Positions 47,136-56,426 of a stretch of 64,000 nucleotides of DNA are shown piece by piece (within the stretch, counting starts at the first letter, position 1; the number at the start of each line of letters is the position of its first letter). The notes beneath the pieces are model-generated. The model was not told where the DNA came from. It was given only the letters and a program-made list of their open reading frames with translations, and did not search any database. Location: positions 32,001-96,000 of IMG/VR virus record IMGVR_UViG_3300008255_000003. The stretch is one strand, 5' to 3'. A program made the position numbers and the translations under genes. This DNA comes from a virus.

Positions 47136-47384
47136 ATGGGGAGGATCAGGCTGGTCGCGGACCCATTCTACATCAAGGGGGTCTGCTGGAACGAACAGGG
47201 GACGCAGTATAAGGTTGCATTTGATCTTCGCGGATCTAAGGCAACATGCGAGTGTCCCTGGTATACAAAGCATCGCAGCCCTTGCAAGCATCTAGTCGCG
47301 CTTGCTATGACGTACATTCAAGAGGACGCGCGTTGTACTGACAACGCGCGTCAGGTTGAGAGTGGTCAGGCCAAGACGGCCTAA
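47136..47384 (+). CDS. Stand-alone SWIM zinc-finger protein
   Basis: ATCECPWYTKHRSPCKHLVALA. Confidence 0.75.
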   Translation: MGRIRLVADPFYIKGVCWNEQGTQYKVAFDLRGSKATCECPWYTKHRSPCKHLVALAMTYIQEDARCTDNARQVESGQAKTA

Positions 47385-47428
47385 CTAAACAAAGCAGACA
47401 TGCAACCGTTGCATGTCCTCACTTAAGC

Positions 47429-50344
47429 TTGAGCATGAACATGATAAAAGAGTCTTTAGGGCTCGTTGCGGCTATTCTTGGTCATTATGACAAGAGGTGG
47501 CTTGAGGCATCTTGGATGTCTTGGTTGGACCTTGAGGGGGTCGGGTTCCCTGAAGGTCTTGAACACGCCAGGAAAATATCTGCCAAGACGACTGAAGCCC
47601 CGCCGATGGATGTTGAGTATCACAAGGTTCCGTTTTGGCGACTCAAGGGGGAGTCTGATGTTGGCCTTGTTATCAGCCGCCACTTGGGCACTGAGGACAT
47701 AGAGCCCACGCCCTACCTTACGGCAAGCTTCGGCGCCAACGGCCCTTGGTCTAAGATCAGGGTTCCAGCTACTGCAATGGAGCACTCTTTCTTCTCAAGC
47801 AAGATCACCATCGCACTCATAAGCTCAAACTTCTTTAAAAGTGACCACAGCTACAACCTGTCTACGTTGACTCAGTATGAGCTGATGAGGTTTATTATCC
47901 CGTCTGCCTCATTTGAGGTGAGGGTGTATAAGGCGATAGACATCTCAGATAGGGACGCACCGAGCTATACGGAGGCATACAGCTCGGTGCTTCATATCCC
48001 TGCCAACTGTGATCTCGATCAGCACATCTACGAGATGTCAAGAAACCAGTCTCTCCTCTACCACCTTAAGTATAGAGATGGTGAAAACGCGCCTATAGAG
48101 TCGAGCGATGTCAAAGTCCTTAGAGTTGTAGATCTGCCCAAGGATGTTGACGATCTTAGTGGTGGGCTCTCTATACATGCGGCGCCCCAAGATTTCAGGA
48201 TCAGGGGTGAAGACTTTGACGCTCCAGTCCCCAAGATGATTGATGAGTTAATGGGCAACATGCACCAGTCATTCAAGAACGATTACTCTAATAGCCGCAT
48301 GGAGTGGAATCTAAGGGCTAGGAATGTGATCAAATCTGACTTCATCTCAATGGGCTCGGTGCTTTCATCATTCAGGCGTTGCGGCTTTGATATGACACCA
48401 AGCGCTCAAGTTAGGAATCGCTGCCTTAAGCTAAGGAGTCTGTCTAAGATTCATGACATCCCATTTGAGCGTAATGTTATCGTTGATGATGGTGATGATG
48501 GTGATGACAGCGATGGAAGGTGGGATGAGCTTTACAGTGACGAAGGCATCAGGACCACCGAGCTTTACAAGCATTATAAGGCTCAATTCTATCGCAACGT
48601 GCCAGAGCGCTTGAGGGGTTGGCCCTTCCAGAATGACGACGTGATCAGGGCTATGACTAAGCCAAGCGTCGCCTACGCTGCGCAACAGGGTCTTGGTAAG
48701 ACGCGCTTCATCTTGATGTACATCTTCGCGCGCGGTGGGAATCGTAACCTTGTGGTCCTGGAGCCTACACTGGTTGACGAGTTCATCTCGCAAGCCAGGG
48801 AGCTTGGCGTTTCTGGTGAGATCCATGTCATAGATAGCCCCGAGGCGCTCAAGTTCAGCCTCATGCGCAGGATCAATATCATCACCTATACAAGGCTGTG
48901 GCGCGGCATCGGTGATAAGTGTAGGCCTAGGTCGGAGAAGAGGTTTGTTGTCACCTATAACAACAAAGAGACGGTTTACAAGAAGCGCTGCCCCAAGAAA
49001 TGGCAAAGCTACATCACCGAAGAAAGCTCGGTTGAGGTGCCAGGTCCACCCTGCAAATCCTACGCTCACGTTCTTAGGAGGTATCAGTTCAACTCAATCT
49101 TGGCTGATGAGGCTCACAAGCTGGCTGCGGGTAAGACAACCAATCAAGGCGAGGCCATGTTCAACTTGAGGGCCAAACACTTCGTCTGCACCACAGGAAC
49201 GATCATCAGGAGCTACGTTCGTCAGATATACCCCATCCTTTGCCGGACCCTTGGTGAGAGCACGATCTATAACGAGTATGGCTATCGCTATGCCGCGATG
49301 TCTGTGGATGGTGATGGTCTGGTCGCTGCAACTCGCAAGTTTAGCTCCCTGTTCATCAACGCAGATCAGAAGTCTGAGCAGTTTGAAGACACGCTCGCGA
49401 AGGGGATGCGTTCTCGTGAGCGTCCCCATGTCAACGCTGATGCCATTGAGGAGTGGCATGGGATGACTTCACGATTCATCATACGCCGTCGAAGGATTGA
49501 GCCTGGCGTTGCTGAGTTCGTGAAGGTTCCTGATGGTGAGCTGAGCGAGGTCTACTCCGGCATGGATAAGACTCACGCATCGGTTTATCGCTGGTGGCTT
49601 GATAGCTTTGCGTCTTGGTTTGAAGATGCACTTGAGAAAGAGCGAATTGAGAGCATCCCTGTCAATAGCGCCGAGGTGCTTGTTCAGCTCACTAAACTTC
49701 GTCTCGTCTCAACCATCCCACAGCACAAGTCAGCTCAGATCCCTGGCGTCATTGAGTATTCAGGCGGCCTAACATCAAAGCAGCTCAAGCTCATTGAGAT
49801 GGTGTCAGCTCAAATCGAGGATGGCCAGAAAGTGATTGTCTTTAGTGAGCACCCGGAGTTCGTCCAGCTCATGAGTCAGCAGTTTGACGATCATGGTGTG
49901 GAGAACGTGGGCATCTTCGGTGGCGTGACTATTGATGAGCGAAACAAGCGCATCAGGCTGTTCAGGTCGTCAGAAGACGTGTCGCTGTTGATCGCCACTC
50001 GTGGTGTGGCAGCTAAGGGCTTCAACCTTCCCCAGGGCGACAGTGTTCACAGCATTGACTGGTGCTGGACGCCTTCAGATATGGAGCAGGCCGAAGCTCG
50101 TATTCTGAGGCCGTCTTGGATGACTGCTGAGCGTGTTGCCACGGGTCAGAAGCCTCAGCTTTATCGGCACGTCCTCAGCGGCTCTATTGACGAGTACATG
50201 CGTCAGTTAATCCTTGCCAAGGCTGACGGATATGGTGAGGCTATTGACCACAACTCAGCCCAGCACAGTGATGAGGCTTGGCAGACCGTTCGGGAGTTCG
50301 CAGAGAACATGCTCCGCGATCTTGGCTATTTGGAGGTAGGGTAA
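47429..50344 (+). CDS. SNF2-family helicase/translocase with long N-terminal extension
   Basis: QQGLGKT, DEAH, TTGT, KVIVFSEH, KGFNL, WCWTPSDMEQAEARILR. Confidence 0.9.
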   Translation: MSMNMIKESLGLVAAILGHYDKRWLEASWMSWLDLEGVGFPEGLEHARKISAKTTEAPPMDVEYHKVPFWRLKGESDVGLVISRHLGTEDIEPTPYLTASFGANGPWSKIRVPATAMEHSFFSSKITIALISSNFFKSDHSYNLSTLTQYELMRFIIPSASFEVRVYKAIDISDRDAPSYTEAYSSVLHIPANCDLDQHIYEMSRNQSLLYHLKYRDGENAPIESSDVKVLRVVDLPKDVDDLSGGLSIHAAPQDFRIRGEDFDAPVPKMIDELMGNMHQSFKNDYSNSRMEWNLRARNVIKSDFISMGSVLSSFRRCGFDMTPSAQVRNRCLKLRSLSKIHDIPFERNVIVDDGDDGDDSDGRWDELYSDEGIRTTELYKHYKAQFYRNVPERLRGWPFQNDDVIRAMTKPSVAYAAQQGLGKTRFILMYIFARGGNRNLVVLEPTLVDEFISQARELGVSGEIHVIDSPEALKFSLMRRINIITYTRLWRGIGDKCRPRSEKRFVVTYNNKETVYKKRCPKKWQSYITEESSVEVPGPPCKSYAHVLRRYQFNSILADEAHKLAAGKTTNQGEAMFNLRAKHFVCTTGTIIRSYVRQIYPILCRTLGESTIYNEYGYRYAAMSVDGDGLVAATRKFSSLFINADQKSEQFEDTLAKGMRSRERPHVNADAIEEWHGMTSRFIIRRRRIEPGVAEFVKVPDGELSEVYSGMDKTHASVYRWWLDSFASWFEDALEKERIESIPVNSAEVLVQLTKLRLVSTIPQHKSAQIPGVIEYSGGLTSKQLKLIEMVSAQIEDGQKVIVFSEHPEFVQLMSQQFDDHGVENVGIFGGVTIDERNKRIRLFRSSEDVSLLIATRGVAAKGFNLPQGDSVHSIDWCWTPSDMEQAEARILRPSWMTAERVATGQKPQLYRHVLSGSIDEYMRQLILAKADGYGEAIDHNSAQHSDEAWQTVREFAENMLRDLGYLEVG

Positions 50345-51693
50345 TGGAAGTTATCTTTGATGAGTCTGACGATAGCTTTGCGCTTCTCGTGAATCGAAAC
50401 ATGGGGAAGCTGTTGCGCGTTCGTGGGTATAGAATGGGTGGTGATGAAGCTGAGGATAGATCTGGCTATGAGTCGATCATCGTGAAGCCTTACTCCCTGT
50501 ATCTTTTTCAGGACAATCAGATCGTGGTTAACATGAATAGCAAGGGCGCCAAAGTGGCTTATGCTGTCATACCTTCGGTCGGTGATGAACAGTGGTGGCG
50601 CGAGGCTGAGGGCACCACTTATGATGTCTACACGTCAAGGGGGTGGTCTGTACTTAGACATCGAACGGTTGTCCCGGTATCACCAAACATAAGGTTTTCT
50701 AAGCTAAATCAAAATGCAAGTAATTGGACGGTCTACCCTGTCCATAGTGCTAAAATGGCAGTCGCGTTAGCAGTCTTGGATTATTGTGGGCACTCCCAGT
50801 TGTTGCCACATCAGATACTCAACCCTGAATGGGATGAGTTTGATGAGGAATCTCTAAGAGGAGAAAGGTCTTGGTGTATCCCGATACATGATCAATGCGG
50901 CAGAAAGCCACCTATTTACGCGGTCTGTCGCACGTTCTTGTCTGGTCTTTCGACTGTTAAGGACATTCAGGTCACAAAGCACATCCCTAAAGGTGGTGGG
51001 CTTGTGATGGCCAGTATCCTCAAGCAGAAGCAATTTCCAGCACCAAGCCTGATCCTCCCACAAGGGAGGTCCACGATGCGTCACTTTCGTGTATCACAGA
51101 CGTTCAATTCGGCCCGCTTATCTTTGGAAACTCAGGTGGTGCGGGATCACGGCTATCAAGACATCGAGGGGAAGGTTTTTAGCTATCTGTCAAGGGACTG
51201 GACCGTCATCAGGGCGGCAGGCAGTGTTAGTGACAGGCAGGGTGAGCTGTTCCTTGTGAAGTCTAATGATGGCGTCTGGGCGGGCGCCACACAGGCCCTG
51301 GTTGACCGTATGCTGTATGGCGCTAAGCTTACTGATGAAGTTGTCTGGCACCCTGTTCGCTGCACCTATGGGGATCTGATGGGCCAAACGCGACTTACTT
51401 GGTGCGACCTTATCGAGGCTTCTGCACTCAGCCAGTATCGCACCCTTGCATCTGATGAGCTTGCGATGCACTATCATGATGGCAAGGACATGGTTGCCGT
51501 CTACGTCAAGCTCAGTGGGATCAATGGTTCTAAGGGCTGGCATCTCGATCGCAAGGTGGAGCGTTCTGCATGGGATCTGGAGCAAGAGGACAAGGTGATG
51601 TTGGCAATGCTGTTAGACCAGTCAGCCCGCCAGTCAAAAAAGGAGCAGCAAGAGCTTGTGGAGCAGTTAGACTGGCTGCTGGACTTGGATTAA
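50344..51693 (+). CDS. Hypothetical protein
   Basis: TTGGAGG RBS; 449 aa. Confidence 0.65.
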   Translation: MEVIFDESDDSFALLVNRNMGKLLRVRGYRMGGDEAEDRSGYESIIVKPYSLYLFQDNQIVVNMNSKGAKVAYAVIPSVGDEQWWREAEGTTYDVYTSRGWSVLRHRTVVPVSPNIRFSKLNQNASNWTVYPVHSAKMAVALAVLDYCGHSQLLPHQILNPEWDEFDEESLRGERSWCIPIHDQCGRKPPIYAVCRTFLSGLSTVKDIQVTKHIPKGGGLVMASILKQKQFPAPSLILPQGRSTMRHFRVSQTFNSARLSLETQVVRDHGYQDIEGKVFSYLSRDWTVIRAAGSVSDRQGELFLVKSNDGVWAGATQALVDRMLYGAKLTDEVVWHPVRCTYGDLMGQTRLTWCDLIEASALSQYRTLASDELAMHYHDGKDMVAVYVKLSGINGSKGWHLDRKVERSAWDLEQEDKVMLAMLLDQSARQSKKEQQELVEQLDWLLDLD

Positions 51694-52004
51694 CTGGTGT
51701 ACCTGAGCGCCTAGCCGCTTGGCGCGATCTCGGCTTTGATGCGGTCCGCCCACCTGTTGCAGGGGAGTGGGTGGACCTACCATCAGGGGTTAGGGTTGTG
51801 GTGCGCGAGGTCTACCGATATGATGACCTCAGACCATACGCTGATGGGGATGTATTCTCTGCGTGTATGCGCTCTCATCTCGGTGTTAATTGGAAGAAAT
51901 TACTGGCTGTCGTGATCGTTAACTCGGACAGTCTTGGAGATTACTATGCGTGGGAATTGGCTTACCCGTACCTCATCAGTGCGCCGCCTGATTGGTGGTC
52001 GTGA
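51570..52004 (+). CDS. Hypothetical protein (start uncertain, probably near 51690)
   Basis: Fills the gap between genes; protein-like 3' half. Confidence 0.4.
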   Translation: MGSGARGQGDVGNAVRPVSPPVKKGAARACGAVRLAAGLGLTGVPERLAAWRDLGFDAVRPPVAGEWVDLPSGVRVVVREVYRYDDLRPYADGDVFSACMRSHLGVNWKKLLAVVIVNSDSLGDYYAWELAYPYLISAPPDWWS

Positions 52005-52014
52005 ACGATCGGTG

Positions 52015-52914
52015 ATGGTGTCTGTAGGAGCTGAAGCTGCTGTGTTGCTGCTTTGGATTTTGGAAGTTTCAGAACACACCCTTCATGGTGATAAGATCCT
52101 GTCTGAGCTTAGGCCGGATCTTGATGTTTATCTTGGCCTCGCCGGAAACTCACAGAGCCTTGTTGGTGTGCTTTGTGCTGAGGGCTGGCTGGTTGAGACT
52201 GAGTGGCCTAACTTTGTTGAGGTCGGGCAGCTCATGGATGACGGCATGGTGAGGATTCACTTTGACTGCGTGTTCACAACATCAGTCATGGAAGCCCAGG
52301 CCAAGGCCAAGCGTGATAAGATCCTCGCTGATCGCACGCAACGGTTGCATGTTAAAAGCTCAGATAGTGAGGCGAAGACTGATCAGGCCAGTGTTGAAGA
52401 GCCTAGGTCTGCTGCTGTTTCTGACCTTATTGATGCGATCACTGCCAAGTCTGACAAGGTGGCCAGTGAGAGCATTGAACGGCGCCGCAAGCGCGCTGCT
52501 GAGAAGCCACCAAAGCCTAAAGCTGAGCCTAGAAAGACATCGGCAACTGTCTTTGCAGAATGGAAGGTGCTTTATTCTGCCCAATATGGAGAGCAGCCGG
52601 AGTCAATGTTTAATGGTGGTAAGCTTTCTGCCGAGGGTGGCCGTATGAGTACGGTTGTCAAGAAAGCTGGCAGTGTTGATGCGGCTCTTGCGTTCATCCG
52701 AGAGGTCATGGGAAGGCATGGCGATTACGCCAAGCTCTATCGACATGCTGGCGTGTTTGATGGTGCGTTTCTCTTGAGGATAGTTGGCGAAGTGACATTT
52801 GCTCAGTCCCGCGACCTTGATCCCATCAAACACATACAGTCAATCAAGTCGTCTCCCAACGCATCAGGCGCGAAGGATAAGGCTAAGGGTGCTGAGTTTA
52901 AGGATGACTTCTAG
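52015..52914 (+). CDS. Putative replication initiator-like protein
   Basis: Two-domain look with a charged linker, directly upstream of the DnaC-like and DnaB-like genes; inferred from position only. Confidence 0.4.
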   Translation: MVSVGAEAAVLLLWILEVSEHTLHGDKILSELRPDLDVYLGLAGNSQSLVGVLCAEGWLVETEWPNFVEVGQLMDDGMVRIHFDCVFTTSVMEAQAKAKRDKILADRTQRLHVKSSDSEAKTDQASVEEPRSAAVSDLIDAITAKSDKVASESIERRRKRAAEKPPKPKAEPRKTSATVFAEWKVLYSAQYGEQPESMFNGGKLSAEGGRMSTVVKKAGSVDAALAFIREVMGRHGDYAKLYRHAGVFDGAFLLRIVGEVTFAQSRDLDPIKHIQSIKSSPNASGAKDKAKGAEFKDDF

Positions 52915-52917
52915 GAG

Positions 52918-53595
52918 ATGAATATGATTTATCGACCCTGGATGCCTAACCCGCGCGAGCTGGGAGAGGCAGATATGCAGGATATGCTGTTACCTAGGCG
53001 TTACTGGGTGACTGACCCGAGCTTGTTTCCCGATGGTGCCGTTGAGACTACTAGCGGCGTCAATAACCTCAACCGTGGCAGGAGCGCTAAGGCGGTGCTT
53101 GAGTCCTACATCTCAAAGCTTGAGATGGCGCGCCTCAACGGCCTTAACCTTTGGCTTGCTGGAAGGAATGGCGTTGGCAAGACAGCGGCAGCCGCCCACC
53201 TGCTAAAGCTCTTTAGGTCGCACGGTCAGACGTGTCACTATGTCCACGCTGAGACTTATCGATCTATCAACTTTAGAGATCGTGAGATACCAGACCAAGG
53301 CTTGCTATCTGCAATCTGCATGACGTCTGATGTCCTGATGATTGATGAGGTAGGCAAAGAGGCTCCTGACAATAGCGGCTTCTTTGCATCGCGGCTTGAG
53401 TACCTCCTGCGAGAGCGCTATGCAAATGGTGCTGTAACTATCGTAACCGCCAACTTTGGGGTCCATAGGATCTGTGAGGTCTATCCAGACAAGATGAGCC
53501 TCGCGCACCTCCTGAGTCAGTCTTATGGTCAGGTAGCTTGCAATGGCAGGGATCTTCGGGAATCCATCGATCGAGTGGGGTTTGATACAATATGA
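52918..53595 (+). CDS. DnaC/IstB-like helicase-loader ATPase
   Basis: GRNGVGKT, LMIDEVGKE, LLRERY, TIVTAN. Confidence 0.85.
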   Translation: MNMIYRPWMPNPRELGEADMQDMLLPRRYWVTDPSLFPDGAVETTSGVNNLNRGRSAKAVLESYISKLEMARLNGLNLWLAGRNGVGKTAAAAHLLKLFRSHGQTCHYVHAETYRSINFRDREIPDQGLLSAICMTSDVLMIDEVGKEAPDNSGFFASRLEYLLRERYANGAVTIVTANFGVHRICEVYPDKMSLAHLLSQSYGQVACNGRDLRESIDRVGFDTI

Positions 53596-54920
53596 GTAGT
53601 GATAAGGTCAGGGTTCCTACACTTGGTGAGATCGTTCTTAGGATGGCATTGTTTGAACGCAAGGCCGTCTATCCTATCTGGGATTTAGGTCTTAGGATTG
53701 AGCACTTCGATCCTACGGTGCAGGCCGCATTCAAGTTCATTGAAAAGTATCGATCTAACAATGAAGGCAAGCTGCCTGGCGATGCCATTCTTGCTAGTGA
53801 GATGGGTTGGGGTGACTATCCAAGCGTGCGCGACTTTAGAGAAGAGGCCACCTTTACCTATTTCGCAGAGATGATGCGCAGGAACGCGCTCTATGAGATC
53901 TTTAGGCGAAGGATGTCTGAGGTTGAATCAATGCTGCGCCAAGGGCCTGACGAGGTAGACAAGGCTCTTGAGACGTGGCTTGATCTACCTGATGACATCG
54001 TTGGCCTTCGGGGTGGCGTGGGCTCTCTTGTGGTGCCTGTCAACTCTCTATATAAGGACATGATGGGCAGTTACGATCGATACAAGGCTGGCGAGGTCGG
54101 CATTGATCTTTACTGGAAAACCCTTACTGATGAGGCGCTCTTGCAGCCTGGCCAGAATGCTTGGATTGTTGGTCGCCCAGGAACAGGCAAGACGTGGCTC
54201 ATGCTTATGCTCGCTGAACACATGGTGGATCAGGGCCTCAAGGTCTTATTCGTCTCACCAGAGGTTAGGGGGGTTTCTTTCGCTGAGCGCCATGTAGCTC
54301 GCGCGCTCAAGCTCAATTACCTTAAGCTTATTCAGGGTAAGCTTGACCCGCTCCAAGAGCAGTTATTGCGCAACCATGTTGAGAAGGTGTCGCTTAGTCC
54401 TAATGAAGGTGTCCGTGTTGCATCGTCAGACTTTCAACCTTCGCGTGAGAAAGTTGAGGCCATGATTGAGCGTGAAGATCCTGATGTGATCTTTCTCGAC
54501 TCAGTTTACCTCTACGGCAAAGGTCGCTCTCGCGGTGACGTTCTGGCGTCTGTGGCGCCTTGGATTGTGCAGTTGTGCTCTTGGGGCAGGCAGCGCAATG
54601 TGTTTGCCACTGCGCAGCTCAACCGCGACGCTGGCGATGAGTCTTCCGTTACTGGAGATAACATCTACGGCACTGATGCAATCTTGCAGGATGCAGACGT
54701 CATCCTTGGCATGATACAAAGTGAGCAGATGCGCAAAGATCACCAGATGCTCATAAAGTTCCTGAAGCGAAGGCGCTCCACCTATAAGATTAATGAGTTC
54801 ATGATCGAATGGGATATGGCGCGCATGTCTTTCGAGGAGATCATCAGGGCACCAAGGGTTACTCAGCCTAACTTTGCCAACGCAGCCACACCAGGCTTTG
54901 ACACTTCTGTCCCATTTTAA
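53592..54920 (+). CDS. dnaB: Replicative DnaB-like helicase
   Basis: GRPGTGKT, VIFLDSVY, TAQLNR, YGTDAILQDADVIL. Confidence 0.88.
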   Translation: MSSDKVRVPTLGEIVLRMALFERKAVYPIWDLGLRIEHFDPTVQAAFKFIEKYRSNNEGKLPGDAILASEMGWGDYPSVRDFREEATFTYFAEMMRRNALYEIFRRRMSEVESMLRQGPDEVDKALETWLDLPDDIVGLRGGVGSLVVPVNSLYKDMMGSYDRYKAGEVGIDLYWKTLTDEALLQPGQNAWIVGRPGTGKTWLMLMLAEHMVDQGLKVLFVSPEVRGVSFAERHVARALKLNYLKLIQGKLDPLQEQLLRNHVEKVSLSPNEGVRVASSDFQPSREKVEAMIEREDPDVIFLDSVYLYGKGRSRGDVLASVAPWIVQLCSWGRQRNVFATAQLNRDAGDESSVTGDNIYGTDAILQDADVILGMIQSEQMRKDHQMLIKFLKRRRSTYKINEFMIEWDMARMSFEEIIRAPRVTQPNFANAATPGFDTSVPF

Positions 54921-54950
54921 GACCGCCCACCAGGGGCTTAAGGAGGTAAA

Positions 54951-55274
54951 ATGCTAGAGTTGAAAGTTATGAGGGTCACTAATGAGCTAAAGTCGCGAGG
55001 CTTTGAGACGAAGATTGATGATGAGGTTGAAGGCGGCTTCGGCGTCTTCATCCTTAATATTCTCATGGTGCATGTGGTTCTGGATGAGTCGGACTTAGAT
55101 AAGACTGACATGGAGATCTGTGACAGCATCGCCGCCTCAGTGAGGTCATACATTCACGGTGATGAGAATGATGATCTTGAGGGTAAGGCGCGGATCGATC
55201 CAAAGCTAGGGGCACGCCTTCGTCAGCTAGAGGGCGATCTTTACACCAAACGTCTCCTCAAGGCCGGGGTCTAA
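54951..55274 (+). CDS. Hypothetical protein
   Basis: AAGGAGG RBS. Confidence 0.6.
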   Translation: MLELKVMRVTNELKSRGFETKIDDEVEGGFGVFILNILMVHVVLDESDLDKTDMEICDSIAASVRSYIHGDENDDLEGKARIDPKLGARLRQLEGDLYTKRLLKAGV

Positions 55275-55275
55275 G

Positions 55276-55965
55276 ATGCTCTCAGGTAAAGAGATTAGGC
55301 AGGCTATTGAGGATGGTGTCATCATCTTCAGGAAGAATGTGGACGGCGAGCTTGTGGACTGCGAGGGTGTTGATCTCAACTCAGTCGGCCCAAACTCGCT
55401 TGATGTGCGACTTTCAGATGAGCTGAAGGTGCATGTTGATAACGTTGGAAACGTTTTGTCGTTCAGGGATTGCGGCAAGGTCGTTCTTGGTCAGGTATCA
55501 CCAGGCATTGCTAACGACAATCTACGGTCTGGATTCAAAGAGGATGGCTGTCTCTTTGACCCTGGAAAGAAAGTTAAACCTGCCGAGGCCGCCGTTAAGA
55601 TCCCACCTTCTGGACTGCTTTTGATCCCAGGTGTTTGTTATTTGGGTTTAACGGTAGAGGTGGTGGGGTCTAATGATCTGGTTCCAGTCATGCACGGCAG
55701 GTCTTCTCTTGGCCGCACGTTCTTTGAGCCCCATTGCGTCGCAGGCTTTGGCGACCTTGGGTTTGTAAACCAGTGGACGCTTGAGATCATGGCCAGGCTT
55801 CCCATAGTGGTATATCCAGGGATGCGCGTTGCGCAGTTGGCGTTCTATCGAGTAGGAGATCTTCGCGGTAACGATAGCTATGCAGATCGTCCTACCAGTA
55901 AATATGCGAAGACTGTTGGCGCCACATCATCGCTCTTACATCGTGATGGCGAGTTCTCAGAATAG
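55276..55965 (+). CDS. dcd: dCTP deaminase
   Basis: PNSLDVRL, GRSSLGR, AGFGDLGF..QWTLEI, PGMRVAQL. Confidence 0.9.
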   Translation: MLSGKEIRQAIEDGVIIFRKNVDGELVDCEGVDLNSVGPNSLDVRLSDELKVHVDNVGNVLSFRDCGKVVLGQVSPGIANDNLRSGFKEDGCLFDPGKKVKPAEAAVKIPPSGLLLIPGVCYLGLTVEVVGSNDLVPVMHGRSSLGRTFFEPHCVAGFGDLGFVNQWTLEIMARLPIVVYPGMRVAQLAFYRVGDLRGNDSYADRPTSKYAKTVGATSSLLHRDGEFSE

Positions 55966-56042
55966 CGCTTGCAACGGTTGCATGTCTGATCTTAATATCC
56001 TTGCGTGGCCTTGTCGGGTCACGCTTTTCTATTGGAGTTAAT

Positions 56043-56426
56043 ATGCGTTTTCTTGGTGGTACGATCCTGCCCTTGCAGGAGGGCGACTTTATGATTAGGA
56101 GCACTGATGATCCTAATCCAGAATATCTGCGTGTCGTTGAGATTGTGAGTGTTGAGGATGGTGAGATAGAGATCGAGGCCATTGACAGTAAGGGCGAACG
56201 CGTATCGTTCTACTGCCTGGTTAGTCGAGTGGCCGATCTCGTCATGATAAGGCATGAGGACGCATCGAGCGTACACAACCTTGAGCTTAGGTGCCGTGAG
56301 GTTATGCTCTTGTGTGAGCTTGAGCGTTGTCAGTCTAACGTGCTCAAGCTTGAGATCATGAGGGCTCTTGGTGCGTTGAGGTCTGTGATGACCAAGTTGG
56401 GCATGCGGCGCTCTGAGGTGGGTTGA
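56043..56426 (+). CDS. Hypothetical protein
   Basis: TTGGAG RBS. Confidence 0.55.
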   Translation: MRFLGGTILPLQEGDFMIRSTDDPNPEYLRVVEIVSVEDGEIEIEAIDSKGERVSFYCLVSRVADLVMIRHEDASSVHNLELRCREVMLLCELERCQSNVLKLEIMRALGALRSVMTKLGMRRSEVG

